The translations under genes and the position numbers were made by a program. Below, piece by piece: positions 1 to 8,335 of a stretch of DNA of 47,797 nucleotides. Positions within the stretch are counted from its first letter, which is position 1. Every line of letters begins with the position of its first letter. The notes below the pieces were generated by a model. It was not told the origin of the DNA. It saw nothing but the letters and a program-made list of their open reading frames with translations, and made no database searches. This DNA comes from a virus (Duplodnaviria > Heunggongvirae > Uroviricota > Caudoviricetes), in the IMG/VR virus record IMGVR_UViG_2571042438_000008. One strand, given 5' to 3'.

Positions 1-289
1 GGTTGAAGATGTAGTAAATAGCTTGGGTGGAGAGGTAAACATAACAGAATGGTTTGAAACATCACCACCTGGCGAACCATATACAGCCTCAATTGTTGCT
101 TCGATTAACTCTTTTGATGGTGCTGTTCCTTCGAAAGAGATGTTGGAGGATACGTTAAGAAGTATCAAGAGTGCAAAGTCGGCAAGAACACTATTTACAT
201 TTTCGCAAGCAACCAATGTTTCAGGTGGTGTTGGTATTGTCGGTGCTTTCCAGCCTGTGTCTTATGTACGATTAATTGGTGAGTGCTAA
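1..289 (+). CDS. 3' end of P2 gpI-like baseplate protein gene; continuation of 47254..47797 across the circular junction (1..251 duplicates 47547..47797)
   Basis: In-frame continuation of the ORF open at the window end; motif NITEWFETSPPGEPY resembles the P2 gpI family as recalled; stop at 287-289. Confidence 0.6.
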   Translation, partial: VEDVVNSLGGEVNITEWFETSPPGEPYTASIVASINSFDGAVPSKEMLEDTLRSIKSAKSARTLFTFSQATNVSGGVGIVGAFQPVSYVRLIGEC

Positions 290-319
290 TTTGCGATTTG
301 TTAATCCAAGGAATTAAGC

Positions 320-3166
320 GTGAGTAAATTATTATTTACGATGACTGACGCCGGGCGTAAGGCGCTGGTTAATGCCAACAAGACTGGAACAAATAAAGTT
401 GAGATCGTTTCTGTTGGTTTAGGTAGTAGATATTATGCCACATCAACCACACAAACAAAAATAACAGATGAAATAAAGCGACTTACCACAATAGGAGGCA
501 AAGTCGTTTCTCCTGATACCATTCATGTAACTGCGAAGGATGATAGTAAAGATGAGTATGCTGTCCATACAATAGGTTTGTATACAAATAAAGGAACATT
601 GTTTGCTGTATACTCGCAAGAACAAGTAATAATAAATAAAGCATCTTCTACAATTGCTTTAATATCAAGTGATATAGCAATTAAAAATCTTGATACTAAA
701 AACATTACATTTGGTGATGTTGAGTTTATTAACCCTCCCGCAACCGAAACTGTTGTTGGAGTAGCAAGATTTGCTAATGAACAAGAAATTGATGCAGGTA
801 CAGATGATTCCCTGGCTGTTTCAGCAAAGCGGCTTAAGCAAGCTATTGTAAAACATGAGCAATCACGTAATCATCCTGATGCAACTTTAACATCAAAAGG
901 CATTGTTCAACTCAGTAATGCCACCAATAGCACGTCTGAAAAGCTCGCAGCGACGCCTAAGGCTGTTAAGGCTGCATATGACCTGGCTGACGGAAAATAT
1001 ACCGCCCAGAATGCCACCACGGCACAAAAAGGGATAGTTCAGCTCAGTAGTGCCACTAACAGTACGTCTGAAACGCAGGCGGCAACGCCAAAAGCGGTCA
1101 AGGCAGCAAATGACAACGCAAATTCACGTCTGGCGAAAAATCAGAACGGTGCAGATATCCAGGATAAATCAGCTTTTCTGGACAATGTTGGCGTTACCAG
1201 CCTGACGTTTATGAAAAACAATGGCGAAATGCCGCTTGATGCTGATCTGAATACGTTTGGTCCTGTTAAGGCTTATTCAGGTATCTGGTCTAAAGCAACA
1301 TCCACCAACGCAACACTGGAGAAAAATTTCCCGGAAGATAATGCTGTCGGTGTGCTTGAGGTTTTTGCTGCCGGCAATTTTGCAGGTACGCAACGCTTTA
1401 CCACGAGAGACGGCAATGTATACATGCGTAAACTCGCCAATAAGTGGAATGGCACTGATGGTCCGTGGGGCGTATGGCGTCACACTCAATCTGCTACCCG
1501 CCCTTTGAGTACGACTATAGACCTGAATACGCTTGGAGCCGCCGAGCATCTTGGTTTATGGCGTAACAGTAGCTCAGCTATAGCTTCATTTGCCCGCAAT
1601 TATCCGGAAGAAGGGAGCTATGCTCAGGGGATTCTCGAAGTTCTTGAAGGCGGCGGATATTCGCGAACACAGCGTTACACTACCAGTCGTGGAAATATGT
1701 ATGTACGCTGCCTTACCGCAAGCTGGGATGCATCAAATCCGCAGTGGGGACAGTGGCTAAGAATCGGCAGCCAGACTGCAAGCGGTTTCTTTGAAGGCGA
1801 TCTGAATAATCTGACCGATCCTGGTATTTACAGTGTTACAGGAAAGGCAACAAACGGTCCGATGCTGGACGCTGCTGGGGCGACATTGCTTGGGATACTG
1901 GAAGTAATCAGGCGTTTTGATGGTGTATCTGTCTGGCAGCGTTACACAACCACAGGAAAATCAGAAACCACACAGGGGCGCACTTTTGAGCGCGTCTACG
2001 CCGGGAGCACATGGACCGAATGGCGAGAAGTGTATAACTCCTTTTCGTTGCCCCTGAATCTGGGTATTGGCGGCGCAGTGGCAAAACTCACCAGCCTGGA
2101 CTGGCAGACCTACGACTTTGTGCCGGGCAGTCTGATAACCGTTCGGCTTGATAACATGACCAACATTCCCGACGGTATGGACTGGGGCGTCATTGATGGT
2201 AACCTGATAAACATCGCTGTTGGCCCAAGTGATGATACCGGTACGGGGCGCTCAATGAAGGTATGGCGCAGCACTGTAAGTAAAGCCAACTACCGCTTTT
2301 TTATGGTGCGCATTTCAGGAAATCCGGGAAGCCGCACGATCACAGCAAGACGAGTACCAATCATTGACGAAGCCCAGACATGGGGCGCGGAACAGACATT
2401 CAGCGGTGGTCTTTCAGGCGAACTATCCGGCAATGCTGCTACAGCAACAAAGCTGAAAACGGCAAGGACAATTAACGGCGTAAAATTTGACGGCTCGGCA
2501 AATATTGAAGCGTTTCCGCCAGGTGTTCCGCTGCCGTGGCCATCAGATACGCCACCTGCAGGTTATGCAATCATGCAGGGGCAGACGTTTGATAAGGCAG
2601 CATATCCGAAACTGGCTATTGCCTATCCTTCTGGTGTTATTCCAGATATGCGCGGCTGGACAATCAAGGGCAAACCCGCCAGTGGTCGGGCCGTATTGTC
2701 TCAGGAACAGGATGGCATTAAATCGCACACCCACAGTGCCAGCGCATCCAGTACGGATTTGGGTACGAAAACCACATCGTCGTTTGATTACGGTACTAAA
2801 TCAACGAATAACACAGGTGCACATACCCACAATGTATCTGGTACTGCAAATAGTGCTGGCGCACATACTCATACCGTTCCATTAAGGAGACCAAACAGTG
2901 GCGGTATGAATTTCGACTGGCTGGATGGTTCATCAAGTGGCACGGTGGTGGGGAATGGAACTGTGCCTTCTTCTGGCGCACATACCCACTCAGTATCAGG
3001 TACCGCTACAAGTGCTGGGGCACATGCACACACTGTTGGTATTGGCGCTCATACGCACTCTGTTAAGATTGGTTCACATGGACACACCATCACCGTTAAC
3101 GCTGCTGGTAACGCGGAAAACACCGTTAAAAACATCGCATTTAATTATATTGTGAGGCTTGCATAA
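320..3166 (+). CDS. Tail fiber protein (P2 gpH / Mu S-like), 948 aa
   Basis: Position after the gpJ/gpI baseplate genes; two copies of the phage tail fibre repeat ([25 protein letters not shown]); three beta-rich internal repeats; C-terminal His-rich GAHTH.V repeats. Confidence 0.85.
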   Translation: MSKLLFTMTDAGRKALVNANKTGTNKVEIVSVGLGSRYYATSTTQTKITDEIKRLTTIGGKVVSPDTIHVTAKDDSKDEYAVHTIGLYTNKGTLFAVYSQEQVIINKASSTIALISSDIAIKNLDTKNITFGDVEFINPPATETVVGVARFANEQEIDAGTDDSLAVSAKRLKQAIVKHEQSRNHPDATLTSKGIVQLSNATNSTSEKLAATPKAVKAAYDLADGKYTAQNATTAQKGIVQLSSATNSTSETQAATPKAVKAANDNANSRLAKNQNGADIQDKSAFLDNVGVTSLTFMKNNGEMPLDADLNTFGPVKAYSGIWSKATSTNATLEKNFPEDNAVGVLEVFAAGNFAGTQRFTTRDGNVYMRKLANKWNGTDGPWGVWRHTQSATRPLSTTIDLNTLGAAEHLGLWRNSSSAIASFARNYPEEGSYAQGILEVLEGGGYSRTQRYTTSRGNMYVRCLTASWDASNPQWGQWLRIGSQTASGFFEGDLNNLTDPGIYSVTGKATNGPMLDAAGATLLGILEVIRRFDGVSVWQRYTTTGKSETTQGRTFERVYAGSTWTEWREVYNSFSLPLNLGIGGAVAKLTSLDWQTYDFVPGSLITVRLDNMTNIPDGMDWGVIDGNLINIAVGPSDDTGTGRSMKVWRSTVSKANYRFFMVRISGNPGSRTITARRVPIIDEAQTWGAEQTFSGGLSGELSGNAATATKLKTARTINGVKFDGSANIEAFPPGVPLPWPSDTPPAGYAIMQGQTFDKAAYPKLAIAYPSGVIPDMRGWTIKGKPASGRAVLSQEQDGIKSHTHSASASSTDLGTKTTSSFDYGTKSTNNTGAHTHNVSGTANSAGAHTHTVPLRRPNSGGMNFDWLDGSSSGTVVGNGTVPSSGAHTHSVSGTATSAGAHAHTVGIGAHTHSVKIGSHGHTITVNAAGNAENTVKNIAFNYIVRLA

Positions 3167-3783
3167 TGGCATTCAGAATGAGTGAACAATCACGTACCGT
3201 AAAAATTTATAACCTGCTGGCCGGAACTAATGAGTTTATTGGTGAAGGTGACGCATATATTCCACCTCATACAGGGCTGCCAGCTAATTCTACAGATATC
3301 GCCCCACCGGAAATTCCTGCTGGCTTTGTGGCAGTTTTTAACAGTGAAAATGAATCGTGGAATATTGTTGAAGACCATCGTGGTAAAACGGTCTATGACG
3401 TGGCGTCGGGGGACGCATTGTTTATTTCTGAACTCGGACCGCTACCAGAGAATGTCACCTGGTTGTCGCCAGCAGGGGAGTATCAGAAGTGGGACGGCGT
3501 ATCCTGGGTGAATGATGAGGAAGCAGAAAAACTGTTTCGGATACGGGAAGCGGAAGAGAAAAAGGCAAGGTTGATCCAGGAAGCAACAGATAACATCGCA
3601 ATTCTGCAGGATGCAGTTAATCTTGAAATAGCAACAAACGAGGAAAATTCACAACTGGATTCCTGGAGAAAATACAGAGTATTAGTGAGTAGAATTGACA
3701 CCAGTACAGCTCCGGATATCGTATGGCCAGAGCTGATGAATCAGGGTTATGTTCGGGAGGACGAGCAGATAACTTCAGACTGA
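3166..3783 (+). CDS. Tail fiber assembly protein (gpG/Tfa-like)
   Basis: Start overlaps the fiber stop (TAATG); size and position typical of Tfa chaperones. Confidence 0.65.
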   Translation: MAFRMSEQSRTVKIYNLLAGTNEFIGEGDAYIPPHTGLPANSTDIAPPEIPAGFVAVFNSENESWNIVEDHRGKTVYDVASGDALFISELGPLPENVTWLSPAGEYQKWDGVSWVNDEEAEKLFRIREAEEKKARLIQEATDNIAILQDAVNLEIATNEENSQLDSWRKYRVLVSRIDTSTAPDIVWPELMNQGYVREDEQITSD

Positions 3784-4310
3784 AATTTAGTGATGAATGT
3801 TGAATCATCAGGAATATCATGCAATACCAATGCATGAGCACCTATTGTGACATTGTTTCCTATACGCACTTTGCCACCAAGAATGGTGGCATTACAACCA
3901 ATGGTCACATTATGCCCTATAACAATATCCATATCATTAAATTCCCCGCGAAGTCCAATAGTTACTCCGGGCTTAATTGAACAATTTTCACCGATTGTTA
4001 CTTTGTGACCGATAACAACACTGTTGAGATAAGAAATATCAAAGCCTTTCCCTATATTTACAGTTAAAGGGACTGTTACATTATATTTATCAAGAATGAA
4101 ACGTTCTATTTTTCCCGCAATCTTCCGACAGTATCCGCCTTTATCAAAAAGGTATTTGGCTATGCGCCACCAAAATAAATAACGAACCCTTCTATGTTTT
4201 ATTGCGCGAACAATTGCCTTTCGCCAGGAGAAAGGACGCTCGCTACCGATTACTTCATAGTGAATACAGTCTTTAAGTTCATTAATATTCATATCTTTAT
4301 TATTCAGCAT
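3747..4310 (-). CDS. Hexapeptide-repeat (left-handed beta-helix) acetyltransferase, moron-like
   Basis: Repeated [LIV]-G-x-x-x-x hexapeptides ([47 protein letters not shown]); opposite strand to the tail operon. Confidence 0.6.
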   Translation of the reverse strand: MLNNKDMNINELKDCIHYEVIGSERPFSWRKAIVRAIKHRRVRYLFWWRIAKYLFDKGGYCRKIAGKIERFILDKYNVTVPLTVNIGKGFDISYLNSVVIGHKVTIGENCSIKPGVTIGLRGEFNDMDIVIGHNVTIGCNATILGGKVRIGNNVTIGAHALVLHDIPDDSTFITKFQSEVICSSSRT

Positions 4311-4725
4311 AAGATAATCATGTGACCAATTATTGTAATAATTTTAATGGTATGTTTCTACTGGCTATCCAGCGTGTCTGATATCCAGTAACAAATCGTC
4401 AACACGGGTGCAATCAAATGGTGAGTGTTAAGACTGACCACTTATTACCAGGTATGAGTGGCCAGCATTAAATCAGAACAGCCCTTTAACTGAACTGGCC
4501 GCGCTGTTAAGGGATGATGTCACCTTATCTTTGAAGCCGGACAGCATATTGCTGAACGATGAGTTTACCGCAGGTTTCTGGCTGGGAATCATTGACTGGA
4601 GTTAGGCCAGTAGTATGATGCTCGCAAAACGAGATCCAATTTAGATCCTTTTACTGGTGGATTATCGTTCGATCAGTGAGAGACTTCGTGCATGACCGAA
4701 AGTGTTGTGGTAGAGTTCTCTTAAA

Positions 4726-4740
4726 ACCACGTAACGTGGT
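4726..4740. promoter_or_regulatory. Repressor-type operator dyad ACCACGTAACGTGGT in the repA upstream region
   Basis: Perfect 5-N5-5 inverted repeat identical in arms to the three dyads in the cI/cro-like intergenic region; followed directly by TATGAT (4741-4746). Confidence 0.5.
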
Positions 4741-4780
4741 TATGATTGTGGGTGTCTGGTTGGAAAGTGACCAGATATGG

Positions 4781-4861
4781 AAACAAAAAGCCCGCAGATA
4801 AATCTGCGGGCTTCTTGCGACATCCACGGAAAACCAACAACTAACCATGGGCGCCTCGACA
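4781..4861 (-). ncRNA. Candidate CopA-like antisense RNA of the repA leader (~80 nt)
   Basis: Minus-strand perfect -10 TATAAT (plus coords 4868-4873) with weak -35; minus-strand intrinsic terminator (10-bp GC-rich stem 4789-4812 followed by a U-run); lies inside a 16-bp inverted repeat of the leader (4823-4838 / 4875-4890). Confidence 0.45.
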
Positions 4862-4905
4862 ACTCCCATTATACGTTGGTTTTCCGTGGACGCAAGAGCG
4901 AACAT

Positions 4906-5754
4906 ATGGATAGACCAATGCCGTCTCTACGTTCAGCTTACGTTTGTAATTTGTCGCCGGAGTTCCAGCCTCCAAAGCACCATACGCACAAGCTGCCGCT
5001 GGTGTTATCTGATGCTTTACAGCGCATTAATGGGCGTGATCTTACGTGTGAGGTTGCGTTCTACGTTAATCAACCGTCAGAGCGGAAGCGCCGGATAAAC
5101 GAGCATCGTCGTCGGGCGATTAATGCTGTGATCGCTGCGATTTTGCACCATGTAAACATCATTTCTAAGCGGGTTCTGGCCAGTGCTGAGGCGTTGGCTG
5201 ATTTTTGCGGCCTGTCTACCGTATCCGAAGCTGGGAACAAGTCTATAACGCGCTGTACAAGGGCGTTGTCGCAACTGAAAGCGTTAGGTTTTATTGATTA
5301 TGAACGTCGCTGGGATCGGGTGAATAAACAGTATTGGCCAGCGAAAATAGAGATTCGTGATCAACTGCTGGAAACCGTTGGTATTACTGAACAAGCATGG
5401 AGACGTGCGGTTAGCCAGAAACTTAATTACTTCAATGCGAAGAATAGCGAACGGCTTAAAAAAGCGATAACGGAGGCTGATTATAAGCGTATTGTTATTC
5501 AGGAGCAGATGGAGAATGTATGGCATCAGAGGAAGACGGCCAGAGAGATAAAGGCAAAACAGAAAGCAGCGGAGAGAGCTGCGCGTCTTGTTCGGGAAAA
5601 GGGAGAGGCCGAACTTCGTCATCAAATCACTAGAGAGGTTAGCCAGGAATTTGCTGATGGCATGTATCCTGGAGCTGACCTTGCATATTTACGATCCCTC
5701 GTTGAGCAGCGTTATAACAGGTTAAGAAAGACCTGGAAATCACTCCAACATTAA
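4906..5754 (+). CDS. repA: Replication initiator RepA, IncFII (RepFIIA) family
   Basis: Translation aligns with R100/R1 RepA1 as recalled (RRRAINAVIAAIL..., SITRCTRALSQLKALGFIDYE vs SITRATRALTFLSELGLITYQ); start chosen at the in-frame ATG 4906 by length; the ORF is open upstream to 4777. Confidence 0.85.
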   Translation: MDRPMPSLRSAYVCNLSPEFQPPKHHTHKLPLVLSDALQRINGRDLTCEVAFYVNQPSERKRRINEHRRRAINAVIAAILHHVNIISKRVLASAEALADFCGLSTVSEAGNKSITRCTRALSQLKALGFIDYERRWDRVNKQYWPAKIEIRDQLLETVGITEQAWRRAVSQKLNYFNAKNSERLKKAITEADYKRIVIQEQMENVWHQRKTAREIKAKQKAAERAARLVREKGEAELRHQITREVSQEFADGMYPGADLAYLRSLVEQRYNRLRKTWKSLQH

Positions 5755-5895
5755 CCCACCTGAATGATGAATCCGGTTTTACCGGAGGATTATCTACGTC
5801 GCAATAAAATATCTGTTCAAAAAACAATCTAAATTAATTTTCTCTAAACCGGAACACAGCAAAAATATCGCCTTTACAGGCATCGGCTAATAAAG

Positions 5896-5904
5896 TTATC
5901 CACA
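5896..5904 (+). promoter_or_regulatory. DnaA box TTATCCACA in the candidate oriR downstream of repA
   Basis: Perfect 9-mer consensus ~140 bp after the repA stop in an AT-rich tract, followed by a GC-rich hairpin cluster (6004-6200). Confidence 0.5.
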
Positions 5905-6385
5905 GTTTTGATATGTATATGCAAATGGTTTTTTATAATAGATGCACTAAACAAATAAATGCAAAATCACTTTCTTTTATTAAGACTTTCTTTATTTAAC
6001 TTACGCAGGCTTTGCCTGTGAATATGTTCGCCCTTGCAGCGAGCTAAAGCTCGCGCCGGTTCGAGTCGCTACGCTCAAATATACCTCCTCCGGCACTTGC
6101 CGGAGGCATGGAGCAGCCTGATCATCCTTTTCGAAACGGCGCGTTTCGAACTATACAAAATCAATTTATATAAGGCCGAAATAAGGCCTACGGCCGGGCT
6201 TTGCAGGAGGAAGGGGCGAGCCTTATCAATAAACGTCGAGAAATACGCACACAGTAGCCATCAGAACGCGATAAAACGTAAGAAACATCATTTCCTATTA
6301 GACATAGAAAACTTGTCTTATACGCAATGTAGTAAATTTCTATTGCCACATAGGAAAAGATTTCCTACCATCGTAGATATAATAA

Positions 6386-6685
6386 ATGGAGATGGTTATG
6401 GATAAAGATACTGTTTTAAAAATGTTGAATCCGGCTTGTTTAAAAAAAGCGGATGAATGGGAATCTCCTACATGTGGAGAAGTTCGGGCAGTCATTGGCC
6501 TCACCGGAATGAGTGGCTCGCAGTTGGCCAAAAAACTAGGCTTAAAAGATAGTCGCAATGTTCGCAACTGGCAGATGTTAAAGGAGTCCACATCCAGATC
6601 CAGCATTCCGTATGCAGCCTGGGCGCTGCTGTGTTACTTCGCTGGGTTAGGGTTAATCTTCATTGATAACAAAACAGATGTTTGA
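6386..6685 (+). CDS. Small XRE-type HTH protein with hydrophobic C-terminus
   Basis: HTH-like segment LTGMSGSQLAKKLGLKDSRNVRNWQ; C-terminal AAWALLCYFAGLGLIFI. Confidence 0.4.
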   Translation: MEMVMDKDTVLKMLNPACLKKADEWESPTCGEVRAVIGLTGMSGSQLAKKLGLKDSRNVRNWQMLKESTSRSSIPYAAWALLCYFAGLGLIFIDNKTDV

Positions 6686-6972
6686 AACATGCAAATATGA
6701 GGTTTGTTATGGAACTTGTACGCAAAACACGCAAAGAGTTCTTGGACCTGTATCGCATGGGAGCTTTCACTTGTGTTGTGGCTACCCAGGACGAAGTGAC
6801 AAAAAGCTGGCGGCTTTTTGCTCTCAATAAAAAAGGGATTGCCGTTTTCATTGAAAAAGCCCGTGGTGGTATCCGCGAATGGGCGGGATTGAATTATGTG
6901 GCTGATTTTTGCGCAGCTATGGGGATTCGTCGCTGGGAAGTCCATATGCCAGGAGTAAAGTCACAAAAATAG
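6682..6972 (+). CDS. Hypothetical protein, translationally coupled to 6386..6685
   Basis: ORF with 4-nt overlap to the upstream gene; no recognisable motif. Confidence 0.3.
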   Translation: MKHANMRFVMELVRKTRKEFLDLYRMGAFTCVVATQDEVTKSWRLFALNKKGIAVFIEKARGGIREWAGLNYVADFCAAMGIRRWEVHMPGVKSQK

Positions 6973-7113
6973 GGCTTTCGCGTCGAAAATGAGGCGAAAC
7001 TGAAAACGAGATTTCATTAACAAATAAGCAACATAAAAAACGGTGGAAAACGCCCAGGAAAACATGATCTTTTGAGCGGATTTTTTAGATCCGACAATGA
7101 ACGGTGATCCGGT

Positions 7114-7141
7114 GGTGCCGATAACGTCCATTATGTTAAAT
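7114..7141. other. Xer (XerC/XerD) site-specific recombination core, dif/cer-like multimer resolution site
   Basis: GGTGCCGATAA-CGTCCA-TTATGTTAAAT; right arm identical to the dif XerD arm, left arm 9/11 to the dif XerC arm, 6-bp spacer. Confidence 0.6.
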
Positions 7142-7216
7142 AGCCCCGTTTTTCTTGAAATTATAACCCACAGGTTATATAGTTAGTGATATAAACTACA
7201 GGTTATAGGATTGAGC

Positions 7217-7564
7217 ATGTGGACGGTACTTTTTAGCCAGCGATTTGACGACTGGCTAAATGAGCAAGAAGACGCTCTTCAGGAAAAGGTTTTGGCTGAT
7301 TTGAAAAAGCTACAGGTTTACGGACCTGAGTTACCCAGGCCATATGCCGATACCGTAAAAGGTTCTCGGTACAAAAATATGAAAGAGCTTCGCGTTCAGT
7401 TTTCTGGCCGTCCGATAAGAGCCTTTTATGCGTTCGATCCGATTCGTCGGGCCATCGTTCTTTGTGCAGGAGACAAAAGTAACGATAAGCGGTTTTATAA
7501 AAAACTGGTGCGTATAGCTGAGGATGAGTTTGCAGCACATCTGAACACACTGGAGAGCAAGTAA
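7217..7564 (+). CDS. Type II toxin, HigB/RelE-like (addiction module killer family)
   Basis: ~115 aa basic protein immediately upstream of, and overlapping (TAATG), an XRE-HTH antitoxin-like gene; AGGA RBS before ATG 7217. Confidence 0.55.
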   Translation: MWTVLFSQRFDDWLNEQEDALQEKVLADLKKLQVYGPELPRPYADTVKGSRYKNMKELRVQFSGRPIRAFYAFDPIRRAIVLCAGDKSNDKRFYKKLVRIAEDEFAAHLNTLESK

Positions 7565-7863
7565 TGAGAACATTAGATGAGGTGATTGCCAGCCGTTCAC
7601 CTGAAAGCCAGGCGCGAATTAAAGAAATGGCAGATGAGATGATTCTTGAGGTCGGCTTGCAGATGATGCGTGAAGAACTCCAGTTATCACAAAAACAGGT
7701 TGCTGAGGCGATGGGTATAAGCCAGCCAGCAGTAACAAAGCTGGAGCAGCGCGGAAATGATTTAAAGCTGGCGACATTAAAGCGTTACGTTGAAGCTATG
7801 GGAGGCAAATTAAGCCTGGATGTTGAGCTTCCTACAGGAAAGCGAGTAGCGTTCCATGTCTAA
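7564..7863 (+). CDS. Type II antitoxin, HigA-like XRE-family HTH
   Basis: HTH segment LSQKQVAEAMGISQPAVTKLE; 99 aa; toxin-first gene order. Confidence 0.6.
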   Translation: MRTLDEVIASRSPESQARIKEMADEMILEVGLQMMREELQLSQKQVAEAMGISQPAVTKLEQRGNDLKLATLKRYVEAMGGKLSLDVELPTGKRVAFHV

Positions 7864-7896
7864 CATAATGTAAGGCCCCATTGGGGCCTTACTTAT

Positions 7897-8181
7897 TTAC
7901 TTACCATTTTTGCGGTTTTTTTCGGACTTCATAAGCTGGCTAACGCGCCCAGGTGTGATATTTAACATGCGGCTTACTTCAGCTTGTGATCCTACTTCCT
8001 CTACTAGCGATGCAACATAGCGAGATTTTCCTGAGGAGGTTAATCCATTATATGTTGCTCGTGCGACTTTTCCCTGAGCTTCTCTCATATCAACTAATGC
8101 CTGAGCAACCTGCTCAAAACCTTTAATTGTTACTTCTGTTAATGCTCGAATAGCATCAATTTCAGATTTTGGTTTAGCCAT
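7897..8181 (-). CDS. Small DNA-binding regulator (C-terminal HTH)
   Basis: C-terminal SQAEVSRMLNITPGRVSQL; divergent from cassette copy 1; dyad just upstream of its start. Confidence 0.45.
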   Translation of the reverse strand: MAKPKSEIDAIRALTEVTIKGFEQVAQALVDMREAQGKVARATYNGLTSSGKSRYVASLVEEVGSQAEVSRMLNITPGRVSQLMKSEKNRKNGK

Positions 8182-8228
8182 TTGGCACCTCCAATTGTTT
8201 AAAATGTGTTAATTGTAAAATTCAGCCG

Positions 8229-8247
8229 ATACCATGTTCAATGGTAT
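8229..8247. promoter_or_regulatory. Dyad ATACCAT-GTTCA-ATGGTAT upstream of the 7897..8181 regulator gene
   Basis: Perfect 7-bp inverted repeat with outer TTCAGC/GCTGAA arms (8221-8259). Confidence 0.35.
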
Positions 8248-8335
8248 ACCATTGCTGAAATGTCTTTTTCAAGACCTTGCCAATAAGCTAAACAAAAATG
8301 TTTAATGTGCAGCCTAAAAAAGCACCAGTCACTAT

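Noticed and set aside
1257-3155. Multiple 60-130 aa ORFs on both strands inside the tail fiber gene (e.g. 1257..1508, 2487..2885, 2925..3155)
   Set aside because: All are embedded in the 948-aa fiber ORF, whose translation carries recognisable fibre repeats; treated as frame artefacts.
4480-4620. Possible gene remnant between the acetyltransferase and repA (frame encoding ...LLRDDVTLSLKPDSILLNDEFTAGFWLGIIDWS)
   Set aside because: No start codon or RBS and no recognisable family; too short to support as a pseudogene call.
4847-5098. 83-aa ORF overlapping the repA start, considered as a tap-like leader peptide
   Set aside because: It runs far into repA in another frame instead of ending at the repA start, and no short ORF ending near 4906 with a start codon was found; a leader peptide was not called.
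6040-6075. tRNA-like GGTTCGAGTC T-loop motif
   Set aside because: No complementary T-stem, acceptor stem or anticodon arm can be drawn; not a tRNA.
6034-6405. 123-aa plus-strand ORF downstream of repA
   Set aside because: Its reading frame is made of the GC-rich hairpin cluster of the putative origin; no RBS; spurious.
7001-7016. Canonical ArgR box upstream of the Xer core
   Set aside because: The palindrome TGAAA-N6-TTTCA has the wrong spacing for an ARG box; kept only as a possible accessory site.
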